A DNA stretch of 64,000 nt from Octopus vulgaris (taxonomy: Eukaryota): the NCBI GenBank assembly GCA_951406725.2, contig OX597838.1, positions 30,504,001 through 30,568,000 of the forward strand. The letters run 5' to 3'. The position numbers and the translations under genes were made by a program. Each line of letters starts with the position of its first letter. Position 1 is the first letter of the stretch. Of the stretch, positions 25,713 to 39,383 are shown one piece after another. The notes under the pieces were generated by a model. It made no database searches and was not told the DNA's origin. It worked only from the letters and a program-made list of their open reading frames with translations.

Positions 25713-26113
25713 ATCATCATCATCGTTTAACGTCTGCTTTCCATGCTAGCATGGGTTGGATGAATGACTGAGGGCTGGCGAACCAGATGGCTGCACCAGG
25801 CTTCAATCTTGATCTAGCAGAGTTTCTACAGTTGGATGCCCTTCCTAATGCCAACCACTCCGAGAGCATATATATAGATATATGTACACCATCTGATCGT
25901 GGCCATTTGCCAGCCTCGTCTGGCACCTGTGCCAGTAGCACGTAAAAAGTACCCACTACACTCATGGAGTGGTTGGCGTTAGGAAGGGCATCCAGCCGTA
26001 GAAACACTGCCAGATCTGACTGGAGCCTGGTGCAGCCTCCTGGCTTCCCAGACCCCAGTTGAACCGTCCAACCCATGCTAGCATGGAAAATGGACGCTAA
26101 ATGATGATGATGA
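25713..26113. mobile_element. Two family C copies head-to-head
   Basis: 25713-25866 (-) and 25888-26113 (+). Confidence 0.85.
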
Positions 26114-26760
26114 TACACACACACACACACACACACAAGTACACACGCATATATACATACATACACATATATATATGTATATGTATGTGTGTGTGTGTGA
26201 GTGTGTCTGTGTTTATGTATGTGTGCATGCACGCAATCAAATGTCATACAAGCAGCGCTGTTTATTTGCATTCTTCCATGAAAGCATGTCCAGCCATTGC
26301 GCTGTAAATGTCTGAATGGCAACTCTCACCCGTTTCCAAGCAAGGTACATATTTTTCCTTGTGGCCAGACATGTTGTCTTGGAATGCTGGATACAAACAG
26401 ACATTCCGTGCAAGCATGGCAAAGTGGACACTAAAGAATGGTGATGTTGCTGTGCTTAATAATGGCAAATATTTTCAGGTGTGCACCCTGGATTCACAAC
26501 AAGTGCATCGTGACCTTTCTGTTTGCAATAAGAACCGACAAAAACGGTTGGGGACAGAAAAGGGTATCCTGCCAGAAAACCTGCCTCAGAAAACCATTCC
26601 AGACCATACCAGCGTTCAAAACATGCAAATCTATGACGGCAAGGATGATGATGGCAGCATTGATGATGATGCTACTTATGAGGGTGAAAAGCAATGATAA
26701 GGATGAGGATGATGATGAGGTTGACAATGAATATTACGATTTATATTGCATTAAGTTAGT

Positions 26761-27680
26761 GGTATTTTGTCCGGTTTAAAGGCGGCGAGCTGGCAGAAAC
26801 GTTAGCACGTCGGGCGAAATACTTAGCGGTATTTCGTCTGCCGTTACGTTGTGAGTTCAAATTCTACCGAGGTCGACTTTGCCTTTCATCCTTTCGGGGT
26901 CGATAAATTAAGTACCAGTTACGCACTGGGAGTCGATATAATCGACTTAATACCTATGTCTGTCCTTGTTTGTCCCCTGTGTTTAAGCCCCTTGTGGGTA
27001 ATAAAGAAATAGGTATTTTGTCCGGTTTAAAGGCGGCGAGCTGGCAGAAACGTTAGCAGGTCGGGCGAAATGCTTAGCTGTATTTCGTCTGCTGTTACAT
27101 TGTGAGTTCAAATTCCGCCGAGGTCGACTTTGCCTTTCATCCTTTCGGGGTCGATAAATTAAGTACCAGTTACGCACTGGGGTCGATGTAATCGACTTAA
27201 TACCTATGTCTGTCTTTGTTTGTCCCCTGTGTTTAAGCCCCTTGTGGGTAATAAAGAAATAGGTATTTTGTCCGGTTTAAAGGCGGCGAGCTGGCAGAAA
27301 CGTTAGCAGGTCAGGCGAAATGCTTAGCAGTATTTCGTCTGCCGTTACGTTGTGAGTTCAAATTCCGCCGAGGTCGACTTTGCCTTTCATCCTTTAGGGG
27401 TCGATAAATTAAGTACCAGTTACGCACTGGGGTCGATGTAATCGACTTAATACCTATGTCTGTCCTTGTTTGTCCCCTGTGTTTAAGCCCCTTGTGGGTA
27501 ATAAAGAAATAGGTATTTTGTCCGGTTTTACGTTCTGAGTTCAAATTCTGCTGCGGTCGACTTTGCCTTTCATCTTTTCAGGATCGATAAAAAAAATACC
27601 AGTTGAATACTGGGGTTGATGTAATCAACTACTAGCTCCCTTCTTCAATCTTGCTGGCCTTGTGCAAAAATTTGAAATTT
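26761..27680 (+). mobile_element. SINE family B array: 3 x ~250 bp long form plus a short-form remainder
   Basis: ggtattttgtccggttt at 26761, 27012, 27262, 27512. Confidence 0.95.
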
Positions 27681-27869
27681 TATTAACTCTCTCTCACTCA
27701 GAAAGGATGAACCCGAGTGTGAGAGATGCAATTATTTATTTACTTGCGGCTCATACTCTCTTTCCCTGTCTTCACACACACATATACACACACACACATA
27801 TACACACGCACACTTCTATCATTATACATACACGACATTATATATTCATAGATGTATGCATATATATAT

Positions 27870-27919
<50 letters not shown>

Positions 27920-28325
27920 ATATTTATATATGGATATATATATATACACACACACACACATACACACACACACACACGTACATATATATGTGTGTGTGTG
28001 TGTGTGTGCATTTATGTATGTGTGTGTATATATATATATATATATACATACATACATATATATAATATATATACATATGTATATATGTGTGTGTGTGTAT
28101 GTGTGTGTCTGCTTGTGTGTATACAACACAGACATACACAAGGTAGGAGTGTGTGTGTGTGTGTGTGTCCATGAGATTTATTAGGTCACATTAGCTTCAC
28201 CTCATTAATCAAAAGCCAGGCAGCCAAGGTTCTGGAAGTTATATAGCATCAACATAAAACCACCACCACCACCACAACCACCTCCGCCGCCACTTACTTA
28301 GGATCCCCCCCAACAATATAATGTG

Positions 28326-28356
<31 letters not shown>

Positions 28357-28458
28357 ATAAAACACATTCTCAACACCAACACCAACACCTCTGCCCAGGA
28401 CTACCCCACCATCATTATTATTATTATTATTATTATTTCTATGGGTATTATATATATA

Positions 28459-28492
<34 letters not shown>

Positions 28493-28762
28493 ATACCACA
28501 ATACCACCACCACTATCACTACCACATCTACTCTGATTACTATCACTACCACCACCAACAACAACAACCAACCAACCACCCAGCCAGCCAGCTAGCGCCT
28601 ACTCTAACCCCTACCCACTTCCATCAGTATTGCTTCTTACCACCATTTCTACCACCACCACCAACACCACCAGTGCTGCTGCTCCTGCTGCTGCTGCTAC
28701 TACTACTACTACCGCCAGCACTACCACCGCTGCCACTACTACTCTACCACCAAGTCCCTAAC

Positions 28763-28801
<39 letters not shown>

Positions 28802-29734
28802 GGGGTGGCAACTGGGTAGAAGGAGAAAGAGCTAAAAGGGTAGTGACTGACTGAGTAAAGAGAAGAGGGAGAGAGAGAGAGAGGGCGATGTGAAATGTGT
28901 GGAAGCGGGGTGGGGGGAACAGAGGGATTTGCAGGGTGGGAGTAGGGTGGATGAGATGAAGGGATTGTTAGGAGGAGGGATGTGGGGGAAGTGGGAGGGG
29001 AGGGAAGGTAGGGGGAAAGGAAAGAAGGACAGAGGGAAGGAAGGAAGAAAACGGGGGGGGGGGGAGGCAGACACCGGGGTGGAGGGGGATTAGGGGACAG
29101 TAAAGATGAAATGGGTCTATTTTATGGGTGTATATATGTGAGGAGCTACACACACACACATATATATATATAAATATACACATACATGTATATACCTGAT
29201 CTATATTATATACATACATATACATATATATATATATGTGTGTGTCTATATATATATATATATATACACACATATATTTACACACACACACACACACATA
29301 CGGATATAGTTTTATGTGTACACCAAAGCAAAAGGGGTCACTCAAATCAACTGAAACCGCTTTGATACAATGCTGCAGCATGGACATGACTGAATGAGAG
29401 AGTGGGGTGGGGCACGGGTGGAGGAGCCAACCATAAAGGGATAAAAAGGGCATACAACGTCGCATACAGTGTATACAAATGCACACACACATGTATATAT
29501 AGACACATGCAGGAATATATTTCATAGGCGTACATACACATGTGTCTATATACATATATACATCTACACATACAGGCATATTTATACACAGATACCTAAG
29601 CAAATACATACACACATGTAAATATACACACATCTGCACATACATGTCCTTGTACATGTATACACAAAAATGTATATACCTATGATTGTATACACATATA
29701 TGGAGATATTTATGTAAACATGTATAATGTGTGT

Positions 29735-30035
29735 CCTTTTACATGTTTCAGGCATTTGACTGCGGCCATACTGGAGTACCGCCTTTTGTCGAGCAAATCG
29801 ACTCCAGGACTTATTCTCTTTGTAAGCCTAGTACTTTTTTCTGTTGGTCTCTTTTGCTGCACTGCTATGTCACAGGGACGAAAACACACTACCATCGGTT
29901 GTCAAGCGATCGTGCAGGGGACACACACACACAAAGATACACACCTATTCACATGGCTTTGATCAGCCTGGGGCTATAGTAGAAGACAAAGTGCAGTGCA
30001 GTGGAATTGAACCTGGAACTATGTGGTTGAGAAGA
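29735..30035 (-). mobile_element. SINE family A, degenerate
   Basis: Tail and partial head. Confidence 0.8.
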
Positions 30036-30076
30036 GAATCCATCATACACACGCACACATACATACATACACATAC

Positions 30077-30445
30077 ATCATCATCATCATCGTTTAGCAT
30101 CCGCTTTCCATGCTGGCATGGGTTGGACAGTTCGACCGGGGATCTGGGAAGCCAGGAGGCTGCACCAGGCTCCAGTCTGATTTGGCAATGTTTCTACGGC
30201 TGGATGCCCTTCCTAACGCCAACCACTCCGAGAGTGTAGTGGGTGCTTTTTACGTGCCACTGGTACAGGTGCCAGACGAGGCTGGCAAACGGCCACGATT
30301 GGATGGTGCTTTTTACGTGCCACCGGCACGGAGGCCAGTTGGGGCAGCGCTGGCAACGGCCACGTTCGGATGGTTCTCTTACGTGCCACTGGCACTGGTA
30401 TCACAGCTACAATTTCCATTGATGTTGATCGATTTCGATTTTGAT
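30077..30445 (-). mobile_element. Family C repeat, long copy
   Basis: Internal 63-bp repeats at 30243 and 30306, variant at ~30373. Confidence 0.9.
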
Positions 30446-30943
30446 ACATACACATTCGTATATATATACATGTATATATATGCATATATGGACACATATT
30501 ATACATGACAAACTGGCATCAAAGAAAGCCATGCTAGGATTTGAACTCAAAACATAGTCTCGAATTTCCAGACTGGCTGTGCATTGTGCTCTTGAGCAAA
30601 ACACTTCATTTCACATTACTCCAGTCTACTCAGCTGTAAACGTGTAACCTTGCTCCAGATTGGGGGTCCAAGGATGAGAAGGTGACTTCAGGAATGGAGG
30701 TCTTGTGGAGCAGCGTTTTGTATCCATTGATCGGAAAAGACAAACAGTACAACCCCCACCGTGACCACCACCACCCAACTGGTTGGAACTGGATGTTCAA
30801 CCACATTGAAGGATGATGATGATGATGATGTCATGTCTGCCCCCCACCCTGAACTCCACCGTCTGGCCCTGCCTTAACAACCATGCCCGGTTCTTTCTCC
30901 CCAAGAACACTGGTCCCTTGAAATCCCCTGCCTACAACAGCTT

Positions 30944-31160
30944 GACCCTCTAACACTCAGATTAAGGCAAGGTTTACTGGTTCACATTGTCTTGAATAAG
31001 TCAGCCATTATCTTGTAGCTTTGAGATTTCAATGATGTGATTGCTTGTTTTTAGAATGACACTGTAGGGTAAGTAGGAGAGGCCAGACCTAGCCAGTTGC
31101 AAGATAAAACAGGGAGATTATTTGGGCCAGACGTAGCTGGTTTAAATGCTAAAGGGTTAA
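30944..31160. mobile_element. piggyBac-like MITE; related reversed copy at ~19230-19451
   Basis: ttga-ccctctaacact ... aatgctaaaggg-ttaa. Confidence 0.6.
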
Positions 31161-31187
31161 ACAGAATAATTGTGGCGGGGCAGCAAT

Positions 31188-31453
31188 TTCGCTGGAAGCT
31201 GGGATCACCAAGCTTAGATTGGCATATTTCGGTCATATTATGCGGAGAGAATCCCCGGAGAAGGACATCATGCTCGGAATGGTCAGTGGCAAGAGAGGAA
31301 GAGGCTGACCAAGAACCCGCTGGCTTGACACCATCAAGAGTGATACCGGAATGGACATAGCCAATCTGAAAGAAGCGGCCCAGGATAGAACTGACTGGAG
31401 GACACTGATCCAACGAGTAACCGAGAGTCGACTTCGACTGAGCGGATAGAGAG
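31188..31453 (+). mobile_element. RTE-clade (BovB-like) LINE 3' fragment
   Basis: Hand translation SLEAGITKLRLAYFGHIMRR..GKRGRG*PRTRWLD..AQDRTDWR..SRLRLSG*; possible TSD agcaat. Confidence 0.9.
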
Positions 31454-31564
31454 AGCAATGGCCATGGACACTGTCCCTTTGTCCAAGCTCAACTAGTTGT
31501 AAAAAAAAAATGTAAAATAAAATAATTCAAAATATAAAAAAAAAACAAACATGAAACTTATATT

Positions 31565-32002
31565 TATTCTTTTACTTGTTTCAGTCATTTGACTGCAGCC
31601 ATGCTGGAGCACCGCCCTTAGTCAACCAAATCAACCTCAGGACTTATTCTTTGTAATCTAAAGGTTTCTTTTGCGAAACTGCTAAGCTACAGGGATGTAA
31701 ACAAACCAACATCGATTGTTAGGCTATGATGGGGGACAAACAGACACACAAACACACACATTTATATATGAAAACAAAAAATGGAACAGGAACATAACAG
31801 GCCATAATAACAAAACATCCGGACAGTTAGCTACATATATGACGGGCTTCTTTCAGTTTCCGTCTACCAAATCCACTCACAGGGCTTTGGTTGGCCCGAG
31901 GCTATGGTAGAAGACACTTGCCCAAGGTGCCATGCAGTGGGACTGAACCCAGAACCGTGTGCTTGGGGAGCAAACTTCTTACCACACAGCCACTCCTGTG
32001 CC
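31565..32002 (-). mobile_element. SINE family A with ~70 bp insert in its microsatellite
   Basis: Foreign sequence ~31769-31835 between TA tracts. Confidence 0.85.
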
Positions 32003-32183
32003 TTGTGTAAAAAGCTATAAATATTTTGTGCATTGGTCACGGTCCAATGATGAAACAAGTGAAATATAGGAAGTACCCAAGGATACACATCATCCGATAG
32101 ACTTCTTCTTCTGTAGGGTGTATGGTTATTTGAGGGTGACTAGGCTACTATTTCCAGCAAAGCAGAGCCTCTTACTTTATTTA

Positions 32184-32249
32184 CATACACCATTTCCCCT
32201 CCTTTTCTTCTCCTTCCAGGGGGTAGAAAAGGAGGGGAAATGGTGTATG
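32184..32249. repeat. Perfect 25-bp inverted repeat, 16-nt spacer
   Basis: catacaccatttcccctccttttct / agaaaaggaggggaaatggtgtatg. Confidence 0.95.
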
Positions 32250-33144
32250 AACATCAATTAGTAGTCTTAGTTTTTATTATACTTCCTGAGAGAGAGAGAC
32301 AGACAGACAGACAGGGGCATGTATGTGTGTGTGGTGGGGGAGGGGTGGCACGGAAGAGGAGAGATGAAAGACAGACAGAGAGAAGTGGGTAGGAGGGTAG
32401 GGGATGGGATTTTGGGGGAGAGGGGTGGGAGGAGGGTTGGGTGGGGGGTGGAACGTGTTGGTGCTGGGAGCCCTAAACAAACAAACTAGGTCAACCTCCA
32501 GACTCACTCACCATCATCATCATCATCATAACAACCAACAAGAACAACAACCTAGGTTCTCTCTGTCTCCCTCCCTCCCTCCCTCCCTCTCTCTGTCTGT
32601 GATCCAGCTTTTCCCTCCACCAGCCATGGAAGAGCAGGGTGGGGGGGGTGTTGAGGATATCTGGGAAGGGGAAGAGAGGGGTATGGCGGTGGAGAGTGCC
32701 CAAGAAGGAAGACACTTTTATTGCTAATTCCCTACCACTACTACCACCACCACTACCACCATCACCACCACCACCAAGACATTATCAAGAATATCAACAC
32801 TACTATGACCACTGTTATACTGGCCATGCCACTGGGACTACCACCACCACCCCTAACTACAGCTAATATCATGACCATCACAATCACAAGTGACCCCTTC
32901 CACTGCCACCAGAGCCAAAAATAACACCACAGCAACCATCCCAAGGACCAGGACCACTGGTATCACCAGTGTCATCACCAGTGTCATCACCACCAACACC
33001 CCCCCCTCCAGGCTATTTGAGTCAAGGAAGAAGTCTCAGTATGGTTGCTCAACTAGCTAGAAAGAGCAGCTAGATATCCTTCACAATGACACTGGACCGG
33101 CTTAGGAATATAAAAAAAAAAAAGAAAATTAAGGATCCATTAAA

Positions 33145-33530
33145 TAATCCTTTCTACTAAAGGCACAAGGCCTGAAATTTGGGGGGAGGGGCCATTTGAT
33201 TGCATTGACCTCCCCAGTAAACAACTGGTGCTTAATTTATCAACCTCCAAAAGGACGAAAGGCAAAGGCAACATTGGTCAATGGCACGTAAAAAGCACCA
33301 TCCAATTGTGGGCGTTTGCCAGCCTCCCCTGGCACCTGTGCTGGTGGCACGTAAAAAGCACCCACTACACTCACGGAGTGGTTGGCGTTAGGAAGGGCAT
33401 CCAGCTGTAGAAACACTGCCAGATCAGACTGGGGTCTGGTGCAGCCTTCTGGCTTCCCAGACCCCAGTTGAACCGTCCAACCCATGCCAGCATGGAAAGC
33501 AGACGTTAAACAATGATGATGATGATGATG
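33145..33530. mobile_element. Family B short fragment (-) joined to family C (+)
   Basis: aggcacaaggcctgaaatt.. followed by tggcacgtaaaaagcacc..(GAT)n. Confidence 0.8.
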
Positions 33531-34359
33531 TACTGAGGTTTCTTTAGGGTCACATCATTTGTCATTACATCTAATAAAAGTCCTATGGCAATGGAACCAA
33601 TCGGTTTTCAAATGATGCTGGCAAGGTGATGCTGAGCAAGCCAACGTTCCTTCCTGATCAGAAGGGTAGGTCATCACAGGGTTGGTTACACACATACAGC
33701 TGAAGACTAAACCGACTGGAAGCCCCACAAGAAGTTACACAAACTTTCATTTGTCACCTAAACTTCAAACCATGCAGATCTGCAACAGGACTGAATAATC
33801 ACCCGAGAGGTCATGGATGGAAAGTCAGAAATGATATTGAAAAAGAGGAAAGCACAAGCAGAGAACAATCATCAAAGAAGATGGAACAATCACCATAGAC
33901 ATCATCATCATCATCATCAACATCATCATTTAAGGTCTAGTTTCCCATACTTGCACAGATTGGATGAAGTTTATTGAAGTGAAATTTCCATGGTCAGGTG
34001 CCCTTCATGTCACCCACCCTTCACCTGTTTCCAAACAAGGTAACATTTTCCCCGTGGCCAGACATATTTCTGCGGAATAGGGGAAATAAATAGCATTGCT
34101 TGTATGTCAATGACCCTTATTTACATCTAACCCATGATGCCAAGACAAAGACAAACACACACACACACACAGATGCGAGAAGCTCAGGTTTCTGCCAACC
34201 AAATCCAGCCAGAAGTCTTTGGTTGACCTGGGGCTATATAGTAGCAGACACCTTCCCCAAAGGTGGGCACTCGGTAGGACTGAACCTGAAACCAGCTGCT
34301 TGCAAAGGTTACTCCTTAAACGCATGGCCATACCAGCATCTAAGCACGTGTGTGTGTGT

Positions 34360-34402
<43 letters not shown>

Positions 34403-34431
34403 TGTGTGTGTGCATGTAAATATGTACAAAT

Positions 34432-35242
34432 TACTTCTTTACTACCCACAAGGGGCTAAACACAGAGGGGACAAACAAGGACAAATATCGACCCCAGTGC
34501 GTAACTGGTACTTAATTTATCGACCCTCTGAAAGGATGAAAGGCAAAGTCGACCTCGGTGGAATTTGAACTCAGAACGTAATGGCAGACGAAATACGGCT
34601 ACGCATTTCGCCAGGCGTGCTAACGTTTTCTTATTTCTTTACTACCCACAAGGGGCTAAACACAGAGGGGACAAACAAGGACAGATATCGACCCCAGTGC
34701 GTAACTGGTACTTAATTTATCGACCCCGAAAAGATGTAAGGCAAAGTCGACCTCGGCGGAATTTGAACTCAGAACGTAACGGCAGATGAAATACCGCTAA
34801 GCATTTCGCCCGGCGTGCTAACGTTTTCTTATTTCTCTACTACCCACAAGGGGCTAAACACAGAGGGGACAAACAAGGACAGATATCGACCCCAGTGCGT
34901 AACTGGTACTTAATTTATCGACCCCGAAAGGATGAAGGGCAAAGTCGACCTCGGTGGAATTTGAACTCAGAACGTAACGGCAGACGAAATACCGCTAAGC
35001 ATTTCGCCCGGCGTGCTAACGTTTTCTTATTTCTTTACTACCCACAAGGGGCTAAACACAAAGGGGACAAACAAGGACAGATATCGACCCCAGTGCGTAA
35101 CTGGTACTTAATTTATCGACCCCGAAAGGATGAAAGGCAAAGTCGACCTCGGTGGAATTTGAACTCAGAACGTCACGGCAGACGAAATACGGCTACGCAT
35201 TTCGCCCGGCGTGCTAACGTTTCTGCCAGCTCGCCGCCCTTA
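34432..35242 (-). mobile_element. SINE family B array, 4 x ~198-200 bp
   Basis: Four units; flanked by taaa(t/a)atgtacaaat at 34417-34431 and 35243-35257. Confidence 0.95.
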
Positions 35243-35415
35243 TAAAAATGTACAAATGCACACACAAACCTGTCTCCTCTATTACAATGACATTTGGTAA
35301 AATGTGAAACCAAAGGCGATATCTCTGTAATGCCATCCAAGTATTGAGTTCTTAACACCTCCTGCTTGGATTGCTTTACACACATGCCAGCATATCTCTT
35401 TCCTCCACGTTCTTT

Positions 35416-35475
<60 letters not shown>

Positions 35476-35591
35476 CATTAGGTGTACTAAACACATATAC
35501 CACCGTACACGTATATTCATTCACAAATATGGCTGTGTGTGTATATGCGTATATCTATACATCTATCTATTTATACATACATAGTTATATA

Positions 35592-35638
<47 letters not shown>

Positions 35639-35759
35639 CTTCTATGAAAGAACATACAAAAGGCTAAAAACTCAAGTGTTTGCACAAAGCAAGACGCGTG
35701 TTGAAGGGGAAGTGAAGAGGCCAATAAGAAAAAGGAAATTTTTAAACGATTTAATTTTT

Positions 35760-35774
35760 TTTATATATATATAT

Positions 35775-35872
<98 letters not shown>

Positions 35873-35923
35873 GTGCATGTATATATATATATATATATGC
35901 ATATAAATATATACATATATATA

Positions 35924-35954
<31 letters not shown>

Positions 35955-36017
35955 TATATATGTGTGTATATATATATAATATATATATATATATATACTC
36001 ACATATGTATATGTATG

Positions 36018-36064
<47 letters not shown>

Positions 36065-36302
36065 TCACGTATGTATATGTATGTATGTATATATATATAT
36101 ATAAATATAAACACACACACATGTGTGTGTGTGTGTGTTTACATATGTATACATGGGTGTGTGTATATATATATATATATATATAGCACACACATGTGAT
36201 CTATAAAAGTGCATGGGGCAAGACAGACTTGCCTGGCGGGTGAAAGTAAAGTGGCCAGTTGAAAAGGAAATAAACAAGTGTAAGCACCATACACACATAC
36301 AT

Positions 36303-36333
<31 letters not shown>

Positions 36334-36483
36334 TATGTATATTAGCATAATTGTGTAATACACATGTACGTATGATATATATATATACATAGACATACAC
36401 ACATATATTTGTAGAATACAATGTACACTTAATTGAATATGCATATATGAGTTGATGCTTGTGCCTGTGTGTGTTTACATGTG

Positions 36484-36534
<51 letters not shown>

Positions 36535-36738
36535 ATATGTGTGTGTATATATATATATGGGTGTGTGTATATATATATGTGTGTGTGTATATGTGTGTGT
36601 GTGTATATGTGTGTGTATATGTGTATATATATGTATGTATGTTTATATATATGTGTATATATATATGGGTGTGTGTATATATGTGTATATGTGTGAGTGT
36701 ATATATATGTGTATATATATGTTTTATATGTATTTATG

Positions 36739-36786
<48 letters not shown>

Positions 36787-36840
36787 ATATATGTGTGTGT
36801 GTGTGTGTATGTGTGTATGCACATACACACACACACACAC
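35760..36840. repeat. (TA)n/(TG)n compound microsatellite field
   Basis: Direct inspection. Confidence 0.9.
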
Positions 36841-37319
36841 AAAGTCAAGGTCTCAAGGCCTATTTTCCTCTTTCTGCTTTTGACTTTTCCTTTGTACATC
36901 AATCACATCCCGGGCGGCCGCAGTTCCCTATTTCAGTCAGACCCTATATTAAGGGATTGCCTTTCTGTTGCACCAGGGGCCTGATCTTCCTGCTCCTACA
37001 CCAACCCCACCCCGACAAACACACACACACACACACCACTTTTAATGGAGAAGAAGGGATAAGAAAAGAGAGAGAGAGAGCGGAAACGGGTGGGGGTAGG
37101 GAATCAAGGTGCCGGGGGTTGGGGGTGGAAGTTGGTAAGTTGTTTGTATTGGTGGTGACTGGTAAACAGTTCCACACACCTCTTCCCCATATTGCACTGT
37201 AAGGAAAGGGTAAAAAGCATAGACGAGATGGTCATGGATGGACCACCTTTCATCGTAGTGTTGTTTGATCACAGCCACTAAGGATAAGCAACAACATTAT
37301 AATTTTAAAACACTACGTA

Positions 37320-37367
<48 letters not shown>

Positions 37368-37368
<1 letters not shown>

Positions 37369-37650
37369 TTGGCCAAGTGGTTAGGGTGTTGTACTGACAA
37401 TCATTAGATTACAGGTTCAATCCCCCCACACCAGTTGGTGCTCTGTGTTCTTGAGCAAAACACCTTCATATAATTTTCTTCCGGTCCATTCAGTCGTATG
37501 TGCGTAATCCTGTAATGGCCTACCCTTCTGATCAGGAGGGAACGTCGGCTTGCTCACCTTGCCAGCATCATTTGAAAACTAAAATAAGATGAAATGCATT
37601 GTGACTGGCAATGTATAACAACACCTGGTAATCTGGTCGGTCATGTGATC
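37368..37650 (+). mobile_element. Old tRNA-derived SINE (family E)
   Basis: tggccaagtggttagg A box, ggttcaatcc B box, cttgagcaaaacac; related pieces at ~30580, ~33610 and ~61445. Confidence 0.65.
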
Positions 37651-37768
37651 ACTGTGTGTTAAGAAGCTTGCTTCCCAACCACATGGTTCTGGTTTCAGTC
37701 CCACTGCGTGGCACCTGTATGTATGTATGGGTATATATATATATATATATATATCTATATATATATAG

Positions 37769-38170
37769 CATCATCATCATCATCATCATCATTGTTTAAC
37801 GTCCGCTTTCCATGCTAGCATGGGTTGGATGGTTCAACTGGGGTCTGGGAAGCCAGAAGGCTGCACCAGGCCCAGTCTGATCTGGCAGTGTTTCTACGGC
37901 TGGATCCCCTTCCTAATGCTAACCACCCCGTGAGTGTAATGGGTGCTTTTTACGTGCCACTGGCACAGAGGCCAGGCGAGGCTGGCAACGACCACGATCG
38001 GATGGTGCTTTTTACGTGCCACTGGCACAGGTGCCAGGAGAGGCTGGCAATGGCCACGATCAGGTGGTGCTTTTTATGTGCCACCAGCATGGAGGCCAGT
38101 CGGGGCGGCACTGGCAACGGCCACGTTCGGATGGTTCTCTTATGTGCCACCGGCACTGGTATCACAGCTA
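37769..38170 (-). mobile_element. Family C repeat, long copy
   Basis: 62-bp internal repeats at 37943, 38005, 38067. Confidence 0.9.
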
Positions 38171-38527
38171 TGTATTCTTATTTTTTAATAACTACTTGTA
38201 TTCTTAACTTATATGTATTGAATTTTATACTCTATAAATGTATGTTATTATGGCTGTCATTTTGATAAATAAATAAGTCAGCATTCTAATATCCTAAAGC
38301 TGATAAACCAACTAATGGGTTTCTCCATTTTCTTATTTGTAATACAAATTAATGGTAAGATATTTCTTTACTTTCACCCATTTAATACAATAAGTAAGTT
38401 TATTGCATTGCAATTAAAAACACTTGTGTATTAATAATTTGGGTATTATACCAACAGTATATTGGATAAGTATTATCCCTTAGTGGGTTTGCTCCACAAC
38501 CCCTAACTTACTTGGTATTTATATATA

Positions 38528-38908
38528 CTCTTTTACTTGTTTCAGTCATTTGACTGCGGCCATGCTGGAGCACCACCTTCAATCGAGCAACTCGACCCCG
38601 GGACTTATTCTTTGTAAGCCCAGTACATTTTCTATCAGTCTCTTTTGCTGAACCGCTAAGTGACGGGGACGTAAACACACCAGCATCGGTTGTCAAGCAA
38701 TGCTAAGGGGACAAACACAAACATACACGCATGCATACATATACATATATACGACGGGCTTCTTTCAGTTTCCGTCTACCAAATCCACTCACAAGGTTTT
38801 AGTTGGCCTGAGGCTATAGTAGAAGACACTTGCCCAAGGTGCCATGCAGTGGGACTGAACCCGGAACCATGTGGTTGGTAAACAAGCTACTTACCACACA
38901 GCCACGCA
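38528..38908 (-). mobile_element. SINE family A, full length
   Basis: All modules, low divergence. Confidence 0.9.
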
Positions 38909-39188
38909 CTTACATATGGTTGAGCTGCATCTGGTGTTGTTTGCTGACATTTTCTGTAAACAAGCCACCCGGGAGTTCAACACTTTCAAATTCCACTGGA
39001 ATGAAAATATCCTTACTTAGGAAAACAGCTAACAACAGTTGCAGTCATGAAGAGGACACGACCATAAAAACTGGGCCTCAGGCATTTCCTGTCTAAGCCA
39101 TGCCTAGCATAGAAAAGTAGACACTAAACTAAGATGAGGGTAAAAAAAAAGAAAATGCCACACACATCTTAGCTGCTTGTAATCCTAA

Positions 39189-39383
39189 TTCTCCGTCCGG
39201 GTTGCGGATCCGTGGAACAAGCTGCCAGACGAGATGGTGAAGATGCCGATGACCGGTTTGTTCAAAGCCTCCCTTGACCTCAAGTGGCCTGAACTCTTTA
39301 CATGAACACCACCCTGTACTTACTTACTGTCCCCCTACATGGCCTTGCTATTTGCTTTTGAGCCAAATTAACTAACTAACTAC
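39189..39383 (+). mobile_element. CR1-clade LINE 3' end with (TAAC)n tail
   Basis: FSVRVADPWNKLPDEMV..FKASLD; homologous to 57587-57907. Confidence 0.9.

Noticed and set aside
26308-26697. 129-aa ORF
   Set aside because: Overlaps degenerate repeat sequence ending in a GAT tail (related reversed piece near 33900-34150); no recognisable domain
28900-29095. G-rich tract with quadruplex potential (also 32330-32450)
   Set aside because: Low-complexity purine tracts are common here; nothing indicates function
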